Shown: piece after piece, positions 1-9,289 of the stretch
Layout: each line of letters begins with the position of its first letter
Position numbering within the stretch: the first letter of the stretch is position 1
Origin: an uncultured Gemmatimonadales bacterium
Lineage (GTDB): Bacteria; Gemmatimonadota; Gemmatimonadetes; Longimicrobiales; RSA9
Assembly (NCBI GenBank): GCA_963708135.1
Contig: OY970192.1
Coordinates: 1,760,001 to 1,824,000 of the forward strand
Direction: 5' to 3'
Length of the DNA: 64,000 nucleotides
The notes under the pieces: model-generated
What the model was told of the DNA's origin: nothing
Database searches by the model: none
Seen by the model: the letters and a program-made list of their open reading frames with translations, nothing else
Program-made: the position numbers and the translations under genes

Positions 1-532
<532 letters not shown>

Positions 533-585
533 GCGGGCGCGGCCGTCGCGCGCCGCCGCGCGCAGCCACTCGAAAGGAGAACACC

Positions 586-1227
586 ATGTCCAGCAGCTCC
601 CCGGGACGCACGGCCGTGCTGGCCGCCCTTGCCCTCCTGCTCGCCGCCTGCGGCGGCAGGCCCCCTGCCCAGGATCGCGGGGGCACCGTGCCGGCCGGCT
701 CCACCGGCGCCGGGCCCGGCGGCATGATGGGCCGGGGCGGGACGGTGGGACGCGCCGGCACGACGGGTGCGATGATGGGCGGGACGACGGGCGGGACGAT
801 GGGACGCGCCGGCATGACGGGCGGGATGATGGGACGCGCCGGCATGACGGGCGGGATGATGGGCGCCCGCGCCGACACCGCCGCCGCACCGCGCGCCCAG
901 GCCGCCGCAGCCACGGCCCCCGACTGTCCGCCGATCGCCCAGCCGCTCGTGGACCAGGGCCGCGCCATCTTCACCGGTGGCGGCAACTGCTTCGCCTGCC
1001 ACGGCAGCAACGCCAAGGGCACCGCCCTGGCCCCCGACCTCACCGACCAGACCTGGCTCAACATCGACGGCTCCTACGCCGCCATTGCCGACCTCGTCCG
1101 CACCGGCGTGGCCAAGCCGAAGCAGCACCCCGCGCCCATGCCGCCCCTGGGCGGTGCCCAGCTCGACCAGGCGCAGGTCTGCGCGGTGGCCGCCTACGTC
1201 TACTCGCTCGGGCACAAGGGCGGGTAG
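586..1227 (+). CDS. Lipoprotein monoheme cytochrome c with Met/Gly-rich linker
   Basis: RBS AAGGAG; lipobox LLAAC; CFACH heme motif; PMPP distal Met; GMTGGMMGRA repeats. Confidence 0.88.
   Translation: MSSSSPGRTAVLAALALLLAACGGRPPAQDRGGTVPAGSTGAGPGGMMGRGGTVGRAGTTGAMMGGTTGGTMGRAGMTGGMMGRAGMTGGMMGARADTAAAPRAQAAAATAPDCPPIAQPLVDQGRAIFTGGGNCFACHGSNAKGTALAPDLTDQTWLNIDGSYAAIADLVRTGVAKPKQHPAPMPPLGGAQLDQAQVCAVAAYVYSLGHKGG
781..870 (+). repeat. Three 30-bp tandem repeats encoding GMTGGMMGRA
   Basis: Units 781-810, 811-840 and 841-870 are near-identical. Confidence 0.85.
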
Positions 1228-1265
1228 CAGGTCCGGCCGCCGGCCGCGGCGGCGCCGCGACCCGT

Positions 1266-1495
1266 TTCGCCGAGGATCGGCGCCACACACGGTGTTCAGC
1301 CCGCGCCGAAGGCGACGCCGACGCCGACGCTCCCGGCATAGCCGGCCGGCTTGCGGGCGAGGTGCGCCCGCAGCTCACGCTCCAGACCCGGAATCCGGAG
1401 CCCGCCGAGCATCTGAGCGCCGAACAGGATGAGCACCGTGCCGCCGATCCGCTGCAGCCACACGCCTTGCGTGCGCAGCAGCGACCCCACCAGTC
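1266..1495 (-). pseudogene. ccdA: CcdA (DsbD-beta type) fragment with nonsense mutation
   Basis: LQRIGGTVLILFG...VAFGAG*TPCVAPILG: the conserved GWTPCxGPIL motif has Trp replaced by TGA at 1296-1298; both ends missing. Confidence 0.85.
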
Positions 1496-1691
1496 CGCGA
1501 GGCCTTCCTCGCGACGGTGCGGGGCGAGAGTGCCGGGCTGGAGAAGCCGGCATGCGTGCTGGACCTGCTCGAGCGCCTTCCGTAGGTGAAGAAGAGCGGC
1601 TGAACGCGGCGCCGCGGACACGAGAGAGGGCGCGCCGGCGGGCAGCGTGCCGCCGGCGCTCTCGTGCGGTATGCCGTCGCCGCGCGCTCGG

Positions 1692-2079
1692 TCAGGCGCT
1701 TCCCCCGGCCGGCGCTGCATCCGGCGGGGCCGTGGCCGCGCCTTCACCGTCGGGCCCGACCGGCCGGGTCCACCGGCGGAACGCCACCGAGAGGAGCCCC
1801 GCTCCGCCCAGCAGCAGCGCCAGCGGGCCGCCCCAGACCAGCAGGTTCACGCCCCGCTTCGGCGGGTCCAGCAGAATCCACTCGCCGTACTTTGCTCACG
1901 AAATAGGCGATCACCTGTTGGTCCGTTTCGCCCCGCGCGAGGCGCTCCCGCACCACCGCGCGCATGTCCTTGGCCAGGCCGGATGGGGACTCCAGGATCG
2001 AGAGCTGCCGGCAGATCGGGCAGCGCAGCCGGCTGGCCACGCGCTCGACGGCCGCGGCGAGCAGGATGGACAGGATCAT
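1692..2079 (-). pseudogene. ccmH: Cytochrome c maturation protein CcmH, frameshifted
   Basis: LRCPICRQLSILES...YFVSK, then an extra A near 1891-1893, then YGEWILLDPPKRGVNLLVWGGP in the next frame; stop 1692-1694; ATGA overlap with the upstream gene. Confidence 0.85.
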
Positions 2080-2633
2080 GATGCACCTCCCTTCGCGCCC
2101 CTTGCGGGCGCCGCCCGCTCGCGGAGCGCCTCGATCTCCGTGTCCAGCAGCGAGTCGCTCACGGGCCCGATGTGCTTGTGTCGGACGATGCCGTCGGCAT
2201 CGATGAAGAAGGTCTCGGGGACCCCGTAGACGCCGTAGTTGATCGCCATCCTGCTCTTCGGGTCCACGAGCTGGGTCCAGCCCCCGCCGTTCTCGGCCAG
2301 GTAGGCGCGCGCGTTGGCCTTCGAGTCCTGGAAGATCACCCCCACCATCACCACGCCCCGGTCGCGGTAGCGCCGCCATGCGCGCACCAGCGACGCGTGC
2401 TCCTGGCGGCAGGCCAGGCACCAGGAAGCCCAGAAGTTCACCACCACCGCCCGGCCACGCAGCTCCGACAGGGCCACCGAATCAAGCGCGTCGAGGCGCG
2501 CGAGCCGGAACTCGGGCGCGGGCGAACCCACGAGCGGACTCGGGATGAGCGAGGCATCCTTCGTCAGCCCGTAGCCGAACAGTCCGATCAAGGCGACGAC
2601 GATCGCCATGCCGAGAACCTTCCACCGGGTCAT
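2076..2633 (-). CDS. ccmG: Thiol:disulfide oxidoreductase CcmG/DsbE (TlpA family)
   Basis: N-terminal TM anchor; NFWASWCLAC; YGVYGVPETFFID; RBS AAGGAGG; ATGA overlap. Confidence 0.9.
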   Translation of the reverse strand: MTRWKVLGMAIVVALIGLFGYGLTKDASLIPSPLVGSPAPEFRLARLDALDSVALSELRGRAVVVNFWASWCLACRQEHASLVRAWRRYRDRGVVMVGVIFQDSKANARAYLAENGGGWTQLVDPKSRMAINYGVYGVPETFFIDADGIVRHKHIGPVSDSLLDTEIEALRERAAPARGAKGGAS

Positions 2634-3087
2634 GCCGCCACCTCCTTTGTTGCGGCGAGCGCCGGGGCGATCGTGGCCGCGCCCGCACGGCGCCGCGGCC
2701 CGGGCCACATCGCGACGAGGGCACCGCCGGCCAGGACCAGCGTGCCGATCCATAGCCACACCATGAGCGGCCGCACGACGAGGTGCAGCGTGGCCGAGGA
2801 GCCATCACGGGAGAACGCCAGCAGGTTGACGAAGAGGTCGTTCGCGGCCGTGCTCAGCACGGCCGGCGTCGGAACCGCCTCGTCCCGGTTCGGATAGTAG
2901 TTCTGGCGCGGCTCGACCCGCCCGATGAGGTGCCCGCGGCGCCTCACCTCGAGCGTGGTGCCGACGCCGACGCGGAACGCCTCGTCGCGCGCCCACACCT
3001 CGTCCAGCCGCAGCGCGTACAGCCCGATGCGCACCGTCTGCCCCGGCGCCAAGCGTGACCTCCGTCTCCTGCTTCGAGTTCCACGAA
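2630..3087 (-). pseudogene. ccmF: C-terminal fragment of heme lyase CcmF
   Basis: SWNSKQETEVTL / (extra T) APGQTVRIG...PAVLSTAANDLFVNL...RPLMVWLWIG matches the CcmF C-terminus; the N-terminal majority is absent. Confidence 0.82.
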
Positions 3088-3194
3088 GAAGGCTCGTTAA
3101 GGCTGGTTCACGCCGACCGCGCGTGAAGCGCCCCTCGCGCTCGAGCTCATCCCTGTCGGCCGCGCCGCAGAACCGCCGCCCCGGCCGCGCCGGA

Positions 3195-3248
3195 TGAGCC
3201 GTTCTTCACCGCGGTTTCAGGCCCGCTTCATGGGTGGTCCGCTATGCT
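3195..3248 (+). promoter_or_regulatory. Putative OmpR-family regulator box plus -10 (copy 1)
   Basis: TGAG(3195)-N6-TTCA(3205)-N7-TTCA(3216)-N7-TTCA(3227)-N12-TATGCT(3243). Confidence 0.75.
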
Positions 3249-3321
3249 TCGGGCGAACGAGAAGTCCGGTGCGGCCCACCAAGGTGGCGGCGCCGCGAAC
3301 CTGTGAAATCGGGAGGCGAGA

Positions 3322-3984
3322 ATGAAGCGGATGATCGGAGGAACGGCGGTCGCCTTGTTGCTGGCGGCGCTGCCCGTGGCGGCACAGGCTCAGCACGCCC
3401 ACCGGGCGCACGGCATGCAACCGGGCGGCCCCGGCGGTCGCGCCATGATGCAGGCCGGCGGCGGCATGATGGGCGGCGGGATGATGGGCGGCGGGATGAT
3501 GAGCATGATGGGCCAGGGGATGGGTGCCGGGATGGGGATCGGCCACGGCGTCCCGGGACCCGCCGCGCTCCTCGAGATGCGCGATGCGCTCGAGCTCACG
3601 CCGGAGCAGGTGACCCGGCTGGAGGCAATCCGCAAGACGACGGACGGCGCCGTAAGGAAGATGCGGCAGCAGGCACAGGAAGCGGCGACGCGCGCGAGCA
3701 AGCTGCGCGCGGCAACGTCGCCTGACCCGGACGCGTACGCCGCCGCGATCCGCGAGGCGGGCGCACCGCTGGTCGAGGCGCACGCGCTCACGGCCCGCAC
3801 GGCGCTGCAGGCACGCCAGCTCCTCACGGCCGAGCAGCAGAAGACGCTTGCAGCCGGGACGCAGGCCGGCGTGGCGATGTGTCGCGCCATGATGGGTGGG
3901 ATGGGTGGCGGCATGACGGGTGGCGGCGCGGCCGCCATGCACCAGGCGACGCCGTCGGGCGCGGCCCGCTCGACGCTCGACTGA
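3322..3984 (+). CDS. Periplasmic Spy/CpxP/ZraP-like Met/His-rich metal-binding protein
   Basis: Signal peptide (AQA); HAHRAH and Met-rich segments; LELTPEQ...LLTAEQQ LTxxQ motifs. Confidence 0.8.
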   Translation: MKRMIGGTAVALLLAALPVAAQAQHAHRAHGMQPGGPGGRAMMQAGGGMMGGGMMGGGMMSMMGQGMGAGMGIGHGVPGPAALLEMRDALELTPEQVTRLEAIRKTTDGAVRKMRQQAQEAATRASKLRAATSPDPDAYAAAIREAGAPLVEAHALTARTALQARQLLTAEQQKTLAAGTQAGVAMCRAMMGGMGGGMTGGGAAAMHQATPSGAARSTLD

Positions 3985-4092
3985 CTCACCGGCGCGCAGA
4001 CCAGACGGCCGGCAGCTCCGCATGAGGGGGCTACCGGCCGTTCGTGCGGTTCCGGCCGGTCCGCGGGGCGCCCGCGCCGGCCCTGATACGGC

Positions 4093-4389
4093 TCAGACCG
4101 GGTTCATGCGCGAGTGCTGCAGCACCTGCATCTTCTGCACGAACTCCTGCTCGGTCAGCTCACCGTCGGCGAACCGTCCGCGCAGCCGTTCCTCCGCGTC
4201 CAGCCGCTCCTGCGCCCAGCGGTGCGTCTCGCGCGTGTCCTCGTGCATGCGCCAGAAGGCCCAGAGGAGCAGCGCGATACACACGATCCAGAACGTCCAC
4301 CACGCCCAGTGCATCCCCATGAAGAGTCCCTGCCGGTGCCACGGCATGTCGTCCATCATCGCCTGGCCGGCGCCGAGCAGCGTGTCCAT
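4093..4389 (-). CDS. Small SHOCT-domain membrane protein
   Basis: RBS GAGGAGG; Met/Trp-rich TM helix; AEERLRGRFADGELTEQEF SHOCT motif. Confidence 0.82.
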   Translation of the reverse strand: MDTLLGAGQAMMDDMPWHRQGLFMGMHWAWWTFWIVCIALLLWAFWRMHEDTRETHRWAQERLDAEERLRGRFADGELTEQEFVQKMQVLQHSRMNPV

Positions 4390-4400
4390 TGCCTTCCTCC

Positions 4401-4742
4401 TCAAACGAGGGCGGCGAGGTTCTCGTCGCCCGTGCGGATCTTGACCACCCGTTCCACCTCCGAGATGCAGATGATGCCGTCGCCCTGGTGCCCCGTGGTG
4501 GCGGTCCGCCGAACCACGTCGATCAGCTCGTCCACACGCTCGTCGGGGACGATCACCTCGATCTTCGTCTTCTCCGTGTACGCGCCGCCCTCCTCGAAGG
4601 AGAGGCGGTAGTGCTCGGGGTCGACGCCGCTGCCGAGCGCGTGCACGTGGCAGATGAAGAGGCGCGGCACACTGGCCACCCCGAGCGCCTCGACCAGCGC
4701 GTCCACGCGCTCCCTCCGCACGATCATCTTGAGCAGCTTCAT
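4401..4742 (-). CDS. PII-family signal protein (non-canonical T-loop)
   Basis: MKLLKMIVR...KTKIEVIVPDERVDELID...TGHQGDGIICISEVERVVKIRTG; ATGA overlap with the kinase stop. Confidence 0.88.
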   Translation of the reverse strand: MKLLKMIVRRERVDALVEALGVASVPRLFICHVHALGSGVDPEHYRLSFEEGGAYTEKTKIEVIVPDERVDELIDVVRRTATTGHQGDGIICISEVERVVKIRTGDENLAALV

Positions 4743-6298
4743 GAGTGGGTCTCCAGTCGGGTGAGCGCCGCGGCGGCCGCGAGGCGGATCTCGCCCGCTC
4801 CACCCCCGACGGCCGCCGGCGTGCCGTCCGCGATGGTGCGGTCCCGGGCGCCGTCGGCCGCGGCGGATTCGCCCTCCTCTGCCGCCTCTGCCGCGACCGG
4901 GAACGAGACCGTGAACACCGCCCCACCGGCGGCCCGGTTCGCGGCCGTGATCGACGCCTCGTGAGCCTGTGCGATCGCTTGCGCGATCGAGAGTCCCAGC
5001 CCCGTGCCACCGACCATCCCGGCCGGCGTGCGACTCTCGTCCGCACGGAAGAAGCGGTCGAAGAGCCGTCCAATCTGGGCGTCGGGCAGGCCCGGTCCCG
5101 TATCGGCGACGCGGAGCAGCGCGCCGCCGGCGCCCGCTTCGACCTCGACCACGACCTCCCCTCCCGCGGGCGTGTACTTGATCGCGTTCTCGATCAGGTT
5201 GTAGGCGAGCCGCTCGACCAGCTCCGGGTCCGTGCATACGAGCGCGCTGCCCCGGCTCCGGAAGGTGAGGCGCACCTCTTCGCCGTGCGCCCGCGCCTGC
5301 AGGCGCTTGCAGGTGTGCGCCACCGGCGTCGCCAGCTCTCCGTCGCGCATCCGGGGTCGCAACACGCCCGCGTCCGCCCGCGCCAACGTGAGCAGGTCCT
5401 CCGCCGTGCGCCCCAGTCGGTGCGCCTCCTCGAGCGCGCTCGCGATCACGCGGCGGTACTCCACCGGCGCACGCTCGCGGCGCAACGCGAGCTCCAGCTC
5501 GCCCTGCAGGGCGGTGAGCGGCGAGCGCAGCTCGTGGCTCGCATCCGCCGTGAAGCGGCGCTGCGCATCGAAGGCCCGGTCCAGCCGCTCGAGCATCGTG
5601 TTGAGCACCTGCACGAGCCGCTGGTACTCCTGCGTGCCCGCGTACGCCTGGATGCGCCGCCCCAGCGTGTGTGCGCCGATCGCCTCCGACTGGTCGATGA
5701 TCTCGTCCACCGGCCGGACCACCCGCGCCGCCAGCCACCAGCTGCCGGCGAAGCTGCCCGCGCCCGCCACCAGGATCAGCGAGATGAGCAGCAGCCGCAG
5801 CCGCTCCAGGGTGAGGTTGCGCGCCACCAGCGGCGCCGCCACCTCCAGCACGTGGTGCGCGTGCGCCGGGCCCAGCCGCACCAGCGGGTAATAGAGCGAC
5901 CGCACGGGGATGTCCCCGAGACGCTGCTCCGCCGAGACCAGTCGTCCCTCCATCGCCTCGCGCAGCGCCGCCCGGTCGAGCGGCAGGTCGCGCGTCAGAT
6001 AGCGGGTCCGCAGCATACTCCGGCCGCCCGCCGTCCACACCTGCGCGTAGCGGTTCAGGTCCAGCACGGACGCCGCCTCGGCGGGGGTGAGCGCCCACTC
6101 GTGGAACTCCATCTTCGCCGAGCCGGGTTGCGTCAGCGACGCCGCCTGGATCGAGGCCAGGTTGATCAGGCTGGCGTTGATCTGCCGGTCCAGCGAGGCG
6201 CGCATCGCCATGTACGTCACGCCGCCCATAGCGAAGAGCGCGACGCCTACGCCCGCGGTCACGCGCGCGGCGAGCTGGAACCGGAAGGAGCGGATCAC
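4739..6298 (-). CDS. Heavy-metal sensor histidine kinase (CusS-like)
   Basis: Two TM helices, HAMP, FTADASHELRSPLT H-box, NLIENAIKY, DTGPG, GTGLGL; GTG start overlaps the regulator stop. Confidence 0.92.
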   Translation of the reverse strand: MIRSFRFQLAARVTAGVGVALFAMGGVTYMAMRASLDRQINASLINLASIQAASLTQPGSAKMEFHEWALTPAEAASVLDLNRYAQVWTAGGRSMLRTRYLTRDLPLDRAALREAMEGRLVSAEQRLGDIPVRSLYYPLVRLGPAHAHHVLEVAAPLVARNLTLERLRLLLISLILVAGAGSFAGSWWLAARVVRPVDEIIDQSEAIGAHTLGRRIQAYAGTQEYQRLVQVLNTMLERLDRAFDAQRRFTADASHELRSPLTALQGELELALRRERAPVEYRRVIASALEEAHRLGRTAEDLLTLARADAGVLRPRMRDGELATPVAHTCKRLQARAHGEEVRLTFRSRGSALVCTDPELVERLAYNLIENAIKYTPAGGEVVVEVEAGAGGALLRVADTGPGLPDAQIGRLFDRFFRADESRTPAGMVGGTGLGLSIAQAIAQAHEASITAANRAAGGAVFTVSFPVAAEAAEEGESAAADGARDRTIADGTPAAVGGGAGEIRLAAAAALTRLETHS

Positions 6299-6975
6299 GC
6301 CTCCGGCTCCTGGCGCAGGATGTAGCCGACGCCCCGCAGCGTGTGCAGCAGGGGCGGCCGCCCGCCGTCCCGCAGCTTCCGCCGCAGGTTGGCCACATGC
6401 ACGTCCACCACGTTCGACATCGGGTCGAAGTGCAGGTCCCACACCTTCTCGAGTAGCTCCGTGCGCCGCACCACCTCCTCCGGGTGCAGCAGGAAGTACT
6501 CGAGTAGCTCGAACTCCTTGGCCGTCAGGTCGAGCAGCTCGCCGCCGCGCCGGACCACATGCTTCAGCCGGTCCATCTCGATGTCCGCGTACAGCAGCCG
6601 CGCGAGCCGGGCGGCCCCGCCGCGCCGGATCAGCGCGCGCATCCGCGCCAGCAGCTCGTCGAAGTTGAACGGCTTCGTGACGTAGTCGTCGGCTCCCGCG
6701 TTCAGCCCCTCGATAATGTCGTCGGTCGCATCCCGCGCCGTGAGCATCAGGATCGGAACCGTCCTGCCGCTCGTGCGCAGCTCGTGGACGATCTGGTAGC
6801 CGTTCTTGCCCGGCAGCATCACGTCCACGAGAAGGCTGTCGTAGTCGTAGACGTGCGCGTTCAGCGCGCCCTCCGTCCCGTCGTTCGACACGTCCACCTC
6901 GTAGCCCTCCTCGCGCAGCCCCCGGGCGAGAAAGCTAGCCACCTTCCGATCGTCTTCGATGACGAGGACCCGCAT
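6295..6975 (-). CDS. OmpR-family response regulator (CusR/CopR-like)
   Basis: LVIEDD, DVMLP, GADDYVTKPF, SNVVDVHVANLRRK, HTLRGVGY; RBS AAGGAGG. Confidence 0.94.
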   Translation of the reverse strand: MRVLVIEDDRKVASFLARGLREEGYEVDVSNDGTEGALNAHVYDYDSLLVDVMLPGKNGYQIVHELRTSGRTVPILMLTARDATDDIIEGLNAGADDYVTKPFNFDELLARMRALIRRGGAARLARLLYADIEMDRLKHVVRRGGELLDLTAKEFELLEYFLLHPEEVVRRTELLEKVWDLHFDPMSNVVDVHVANLRRKLRDGGRPPLLHTLRGVGYILRQEPEA

Positions 6976-7005
6976 GCTCACCTCCTTGATCGTTGCCCCG
7001 CGTCG

Positions 7006-7059
7006 AATGTCGCGCGGGGCGCATGAAGTCGAGGTGAATCCGGCGTGAAGAAGCGTTCA
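7006..7059 (-). promoter_or_regulatory. Regulator box plus -10 upstream of the two-component operon (autoregulation)
   Basis: Minus strand: TGAA(7059)-N6-TTCA(7049)-N7-TTCA(7038)-N7-TTCA(7027)-N12-GACATT. Confidence 0.8.
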
Positions 7060-7123
7060 TGGAAGCGCTCACCCGCGTCTCGCTCGCCCGCCTGCTGCGG
7101 GCCGAAGGCCGGCGGCGGCGGCG

Positions 7124-7588
7124 TTACGCCTGCTTGCTCACGACGATCTCGTTGCCCTGTACCTTGACTATATAGGGCGCGAGCGGCCGGGGCGGTGGTC
7201 CCGAGACGTTCTTGCCGTTCAGGTCGTAGTGACCGTTGTGGCAGGCGCACCAGATGTCGGAGTGCTCGCTGCCGTATTGCACGATGCAGCCGAGATGCGT
7301 GCAGATGGCGGTGAAGGCCCGCAGCTCGCCCTGCGGGGTCCGGATCAGGATCCCCGGCTTGTTGCCGAACCTGAAGATCTGCCCCGAGTTGAGTGGCACG
7401 TCCGAAGGCTTGACGCTGAGCACGACCGAGTTGACAGCCGACTCGCCCGACTCCGGCGGGTCCAGGTACTCCGCCACCGGGTATGAGATGGCGATGAACA
7501 TGCCCCCGAGGGTCGTACCCAGCAGCCAGTCCAGGAAGCGCTTTCGGTTCACTCCGCCGCTCCCGGGCTCGCCGGGCGGTGCCGTCAT
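7124..7588 (-). CDS. Rieske [2Fe-2S] protein (QcrA/PetC-like, Tat-type anchor)
   Basis: NRKRFL signal; CTHLGC and CACHNGHY boxes; SGPPPRPL. Confidence 0.92.
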   Translation of the reverse strand: MTAPPGEPGSGGVNRKRFLDWLLGTTLGGMFIAISYPVAEYLDPPESGESAVNSVVLSVKPSDVPLNSGQIFRFGNKPGILIRTPQGELRAFTAICTHLGCIVQYGSEHSDIWCACHNGHYDLNGKNVSGPPPRPLAPYIVKVQGNEIVVSKQA

Positions 7589-7663
7589 TGCTCCTCTCTC
7601 CTTTCCGCAGCCTGCGCCTGGCCGGGCACCGTGGTCGGGGCGGGGCGGCCAACCCCTCCCCTC

Positions 7664-8584
7664 TCAGGCCGAGCGCAGGGCGCGCGTGGGTGCGCCGCAC
7701 CTGGCGCAGTAGCGGTCGTCCGGCGAGAGCGACTCCCCGCATTGCGTACAGAAGCGTGCCGCGCCCGTTTCCGGCCGGCTCGCGCTTTCCCGTGCGCCCA
7801 CATCCGCCCTGCCGCGTACGATCCGCGGCCGGACGAGCGGCCAGAGCCCGAAGCCCGCGGACACCAGAGCCACGAGGGCCAGGATCGCGATCGCGGTCCT
7901 GTGGCCTCCGGGCGCGGCGGGTGGGGTGGCCGATGACGTGGCATCACCGGGGGATGCGATGGAGGGCTGGTCATCCGTCTTGCGGTAGGCCACGGTCACC
8001 GCCTTCCGCGCGCCCGCCTTCACGCCGTCGTATTGCAGGACGTAGTAGTTGAAGCCGTTCCGGTCCTGGCTCACCTGTTCCGTGAGCGGCGAGATCGTGA
8101 AGTCCTGCGCCCGCTGCGGCTCCTGCACCGCCACCACGAGCGTATCCATGACGAACGGCGAGAGGACGGTGTAGGTGAAGCGGCGCTGCGCCGCGCCCCC
8201 CAGCGGGTTGTAGTAGAACTCCATATAGAAGTCCGGCACCGTCAGGCGGTACGTGAGCTCGACCAGCCCGTCCGCGCGCTTGTGCGTCTGATACGTCGCG
8301 TGGATGTGCTGCCCGTTCGCGTCCACCCCTCCCACCATGTGCACGTGTGCGCCGTCCGGGATCACGAACGTGAAATCGGTCGGCGTCTTTCCCGGCGCCA
8401 CCAGGCTCCCCTTGTAGATCAGGAGCACCCGCGGCTCGTCGTACTCGGGCCAGATCTCCACGTCCATGTACGAGATCACCGGCGCCGGATCGGCCCGCGA
8501 TGGCCGGGGCGTCCCCGCGACGGCCGCGGTGCCGAGCGGCGGGAGCGTACCCGCCAGCAGAGCGGCAAGGATCGGTGTGAGCAT
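7664..8584 (-). CDS. Exported membrane-anchored protein with C-terminal zinc ribbon
   Basis: Signal peptide; IWPEYD domain; TM helix; FCTQCG...YCARCG. Confidence 0.78.
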   Translation of the reverse strand: MLTPILAALLAGTLPPLGTAAVAGTPRPSRADPAPVISYMDVEIWPEYDEPRVLLIYKGSLVAPGKTPTDFTFVIPDGAHVHMVGGVDANGQHIHATYQTHKRADGLVELTYRLTVPDFYMEFYYNPLGGAAQRRFTYTVLSPFVMDTLVVAVQEPQRAQDFTISPLTEQVSQDRNGFNYYVLQYDGVKAGARKAVTVAYRKTDDQPSIASPGDATSSATPPAAPGGHRTAIAILALVALVSAGFGLWPLVRPRIVRGRADVGARESASRPETGAARFCTQCGESLSPDDRYCARCGAPTRALRSA

Positions 8585-8627
8585 GCGGCTGTCCCTCGTC
8601 GGATGAGTCCCGCTCGTCCTCGAATCC

Positions 8628-8681
8628 AGGATGCGCAACGCGGCCTGAAGCGGGCATGAAATCCGGGTTAAGCCGCGTTCA
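8628..8681 (-). promoter_or_regulatory. Regulator box plus -10 for the zinc-ribbon/Rieske operon
   Basis: Minus strand: TGAA(8681)-N6-TTAA(8671)-N7-TTCA(8660)-N7-TTCA(8649)-N12-CATCCT. Confidence 0.78.
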
Positions 8682-8724
8682 TGCGGCGATCCGCAAGCGC
8701 GAGCCGGCCGGACTCCTGCCATCG

Positions 8725-8778
8725 TGAAGTCGACTTCATGTCCACTTCACCATGGCTTCACCACGGCAGGAGTATCCT
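8725..8778 (+). promoter_or_regulatory. Regulator box plus -10 for the PCYCGC/cytochrome c operon
   Basis: TGAA(8725)-N6-TTCA(8735)-N7-TTCA(8746)-N7-TTCA(8757)-N12-TATCCT(8773). Confidence 0.82.
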
Positions 8779-8821
8779 TGCGGGGTGTTCAGAGTGTCCC
8801 GCCAGAACAGGAGAGTGAACA

Positions 8822-9289
8822 GTGGGCAAGAACCGGAAACAGAGCGCCGGGCGTGGCGGCGGCAGGCGGCGGAAGTGGACGTCGCTCCTGCCCTGGGGCA
8901 TCACCGCGGCGGCGCTGCTCGCGATCCTCGTCCTCGCGGCGCAGGGACGTGGGCATGGCACAGCCAGCCACCATCCGACCCCGCGCAGCGATGCGGCGAC
9001 GACGCAGGCGCGCAAGATCGTGCCGGCCTCCGCCTACGCCGCGTATCCCCGCATCCAGGAGACCTACCGCGAGGCGGCGCTGGTGCCGCAGGTGCTGGAT
9101 GGCATCTACTGCTACTGCGAGTGCAAGGAGCACATGGGACACTACTCGCTGCTGGACTGCTACAAGAGCGACCACGCGGCGGGCTGCGACGTGTGTCTCT
9201 CCGAGGGTGAGCTGGCCTACAAGATGACGCAGCAGGGCAAGTCGCTCGACCAGATCAGGGCCGCCGTGGACCGCCTATACGGCGCATGA
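8822..9289 (+). CDS. PCYCGC-motif-like Cys/His metal-binding exported protein
   Basis: N-terminal TM helix; IYCYCECKEHMGHYSLLDCY...HAAGCDVC. Confidence 0.82.
   Translation: MGKNRKQSAGRGGGRRRKWTSLLPWGITAAALLAILVLAAQGRGHGTASHHPTPRSDAATTQARKIVPASAYAAYPRIQETYREAALVPQVLDGIYCYCECKEHMGHYSLLDCYKSDHAAGCDVCLSEGELAYKMTQQGKSLDQIRAAVDRLYGA

Noticed and set aside
721..870. CRISPR-like repeats (also 3460-3540 and 49364-49401)
   Set aside because: These are tandem coding or heptamer repeats without unique spacers, and there are no cas genes.
1296..1298. TGA at a conserved Trp suggesting recoding or selenocysteine
   Set aside because: Many intact genes here stop at TGA and use TGG for Trp, and the gene is also truncated.
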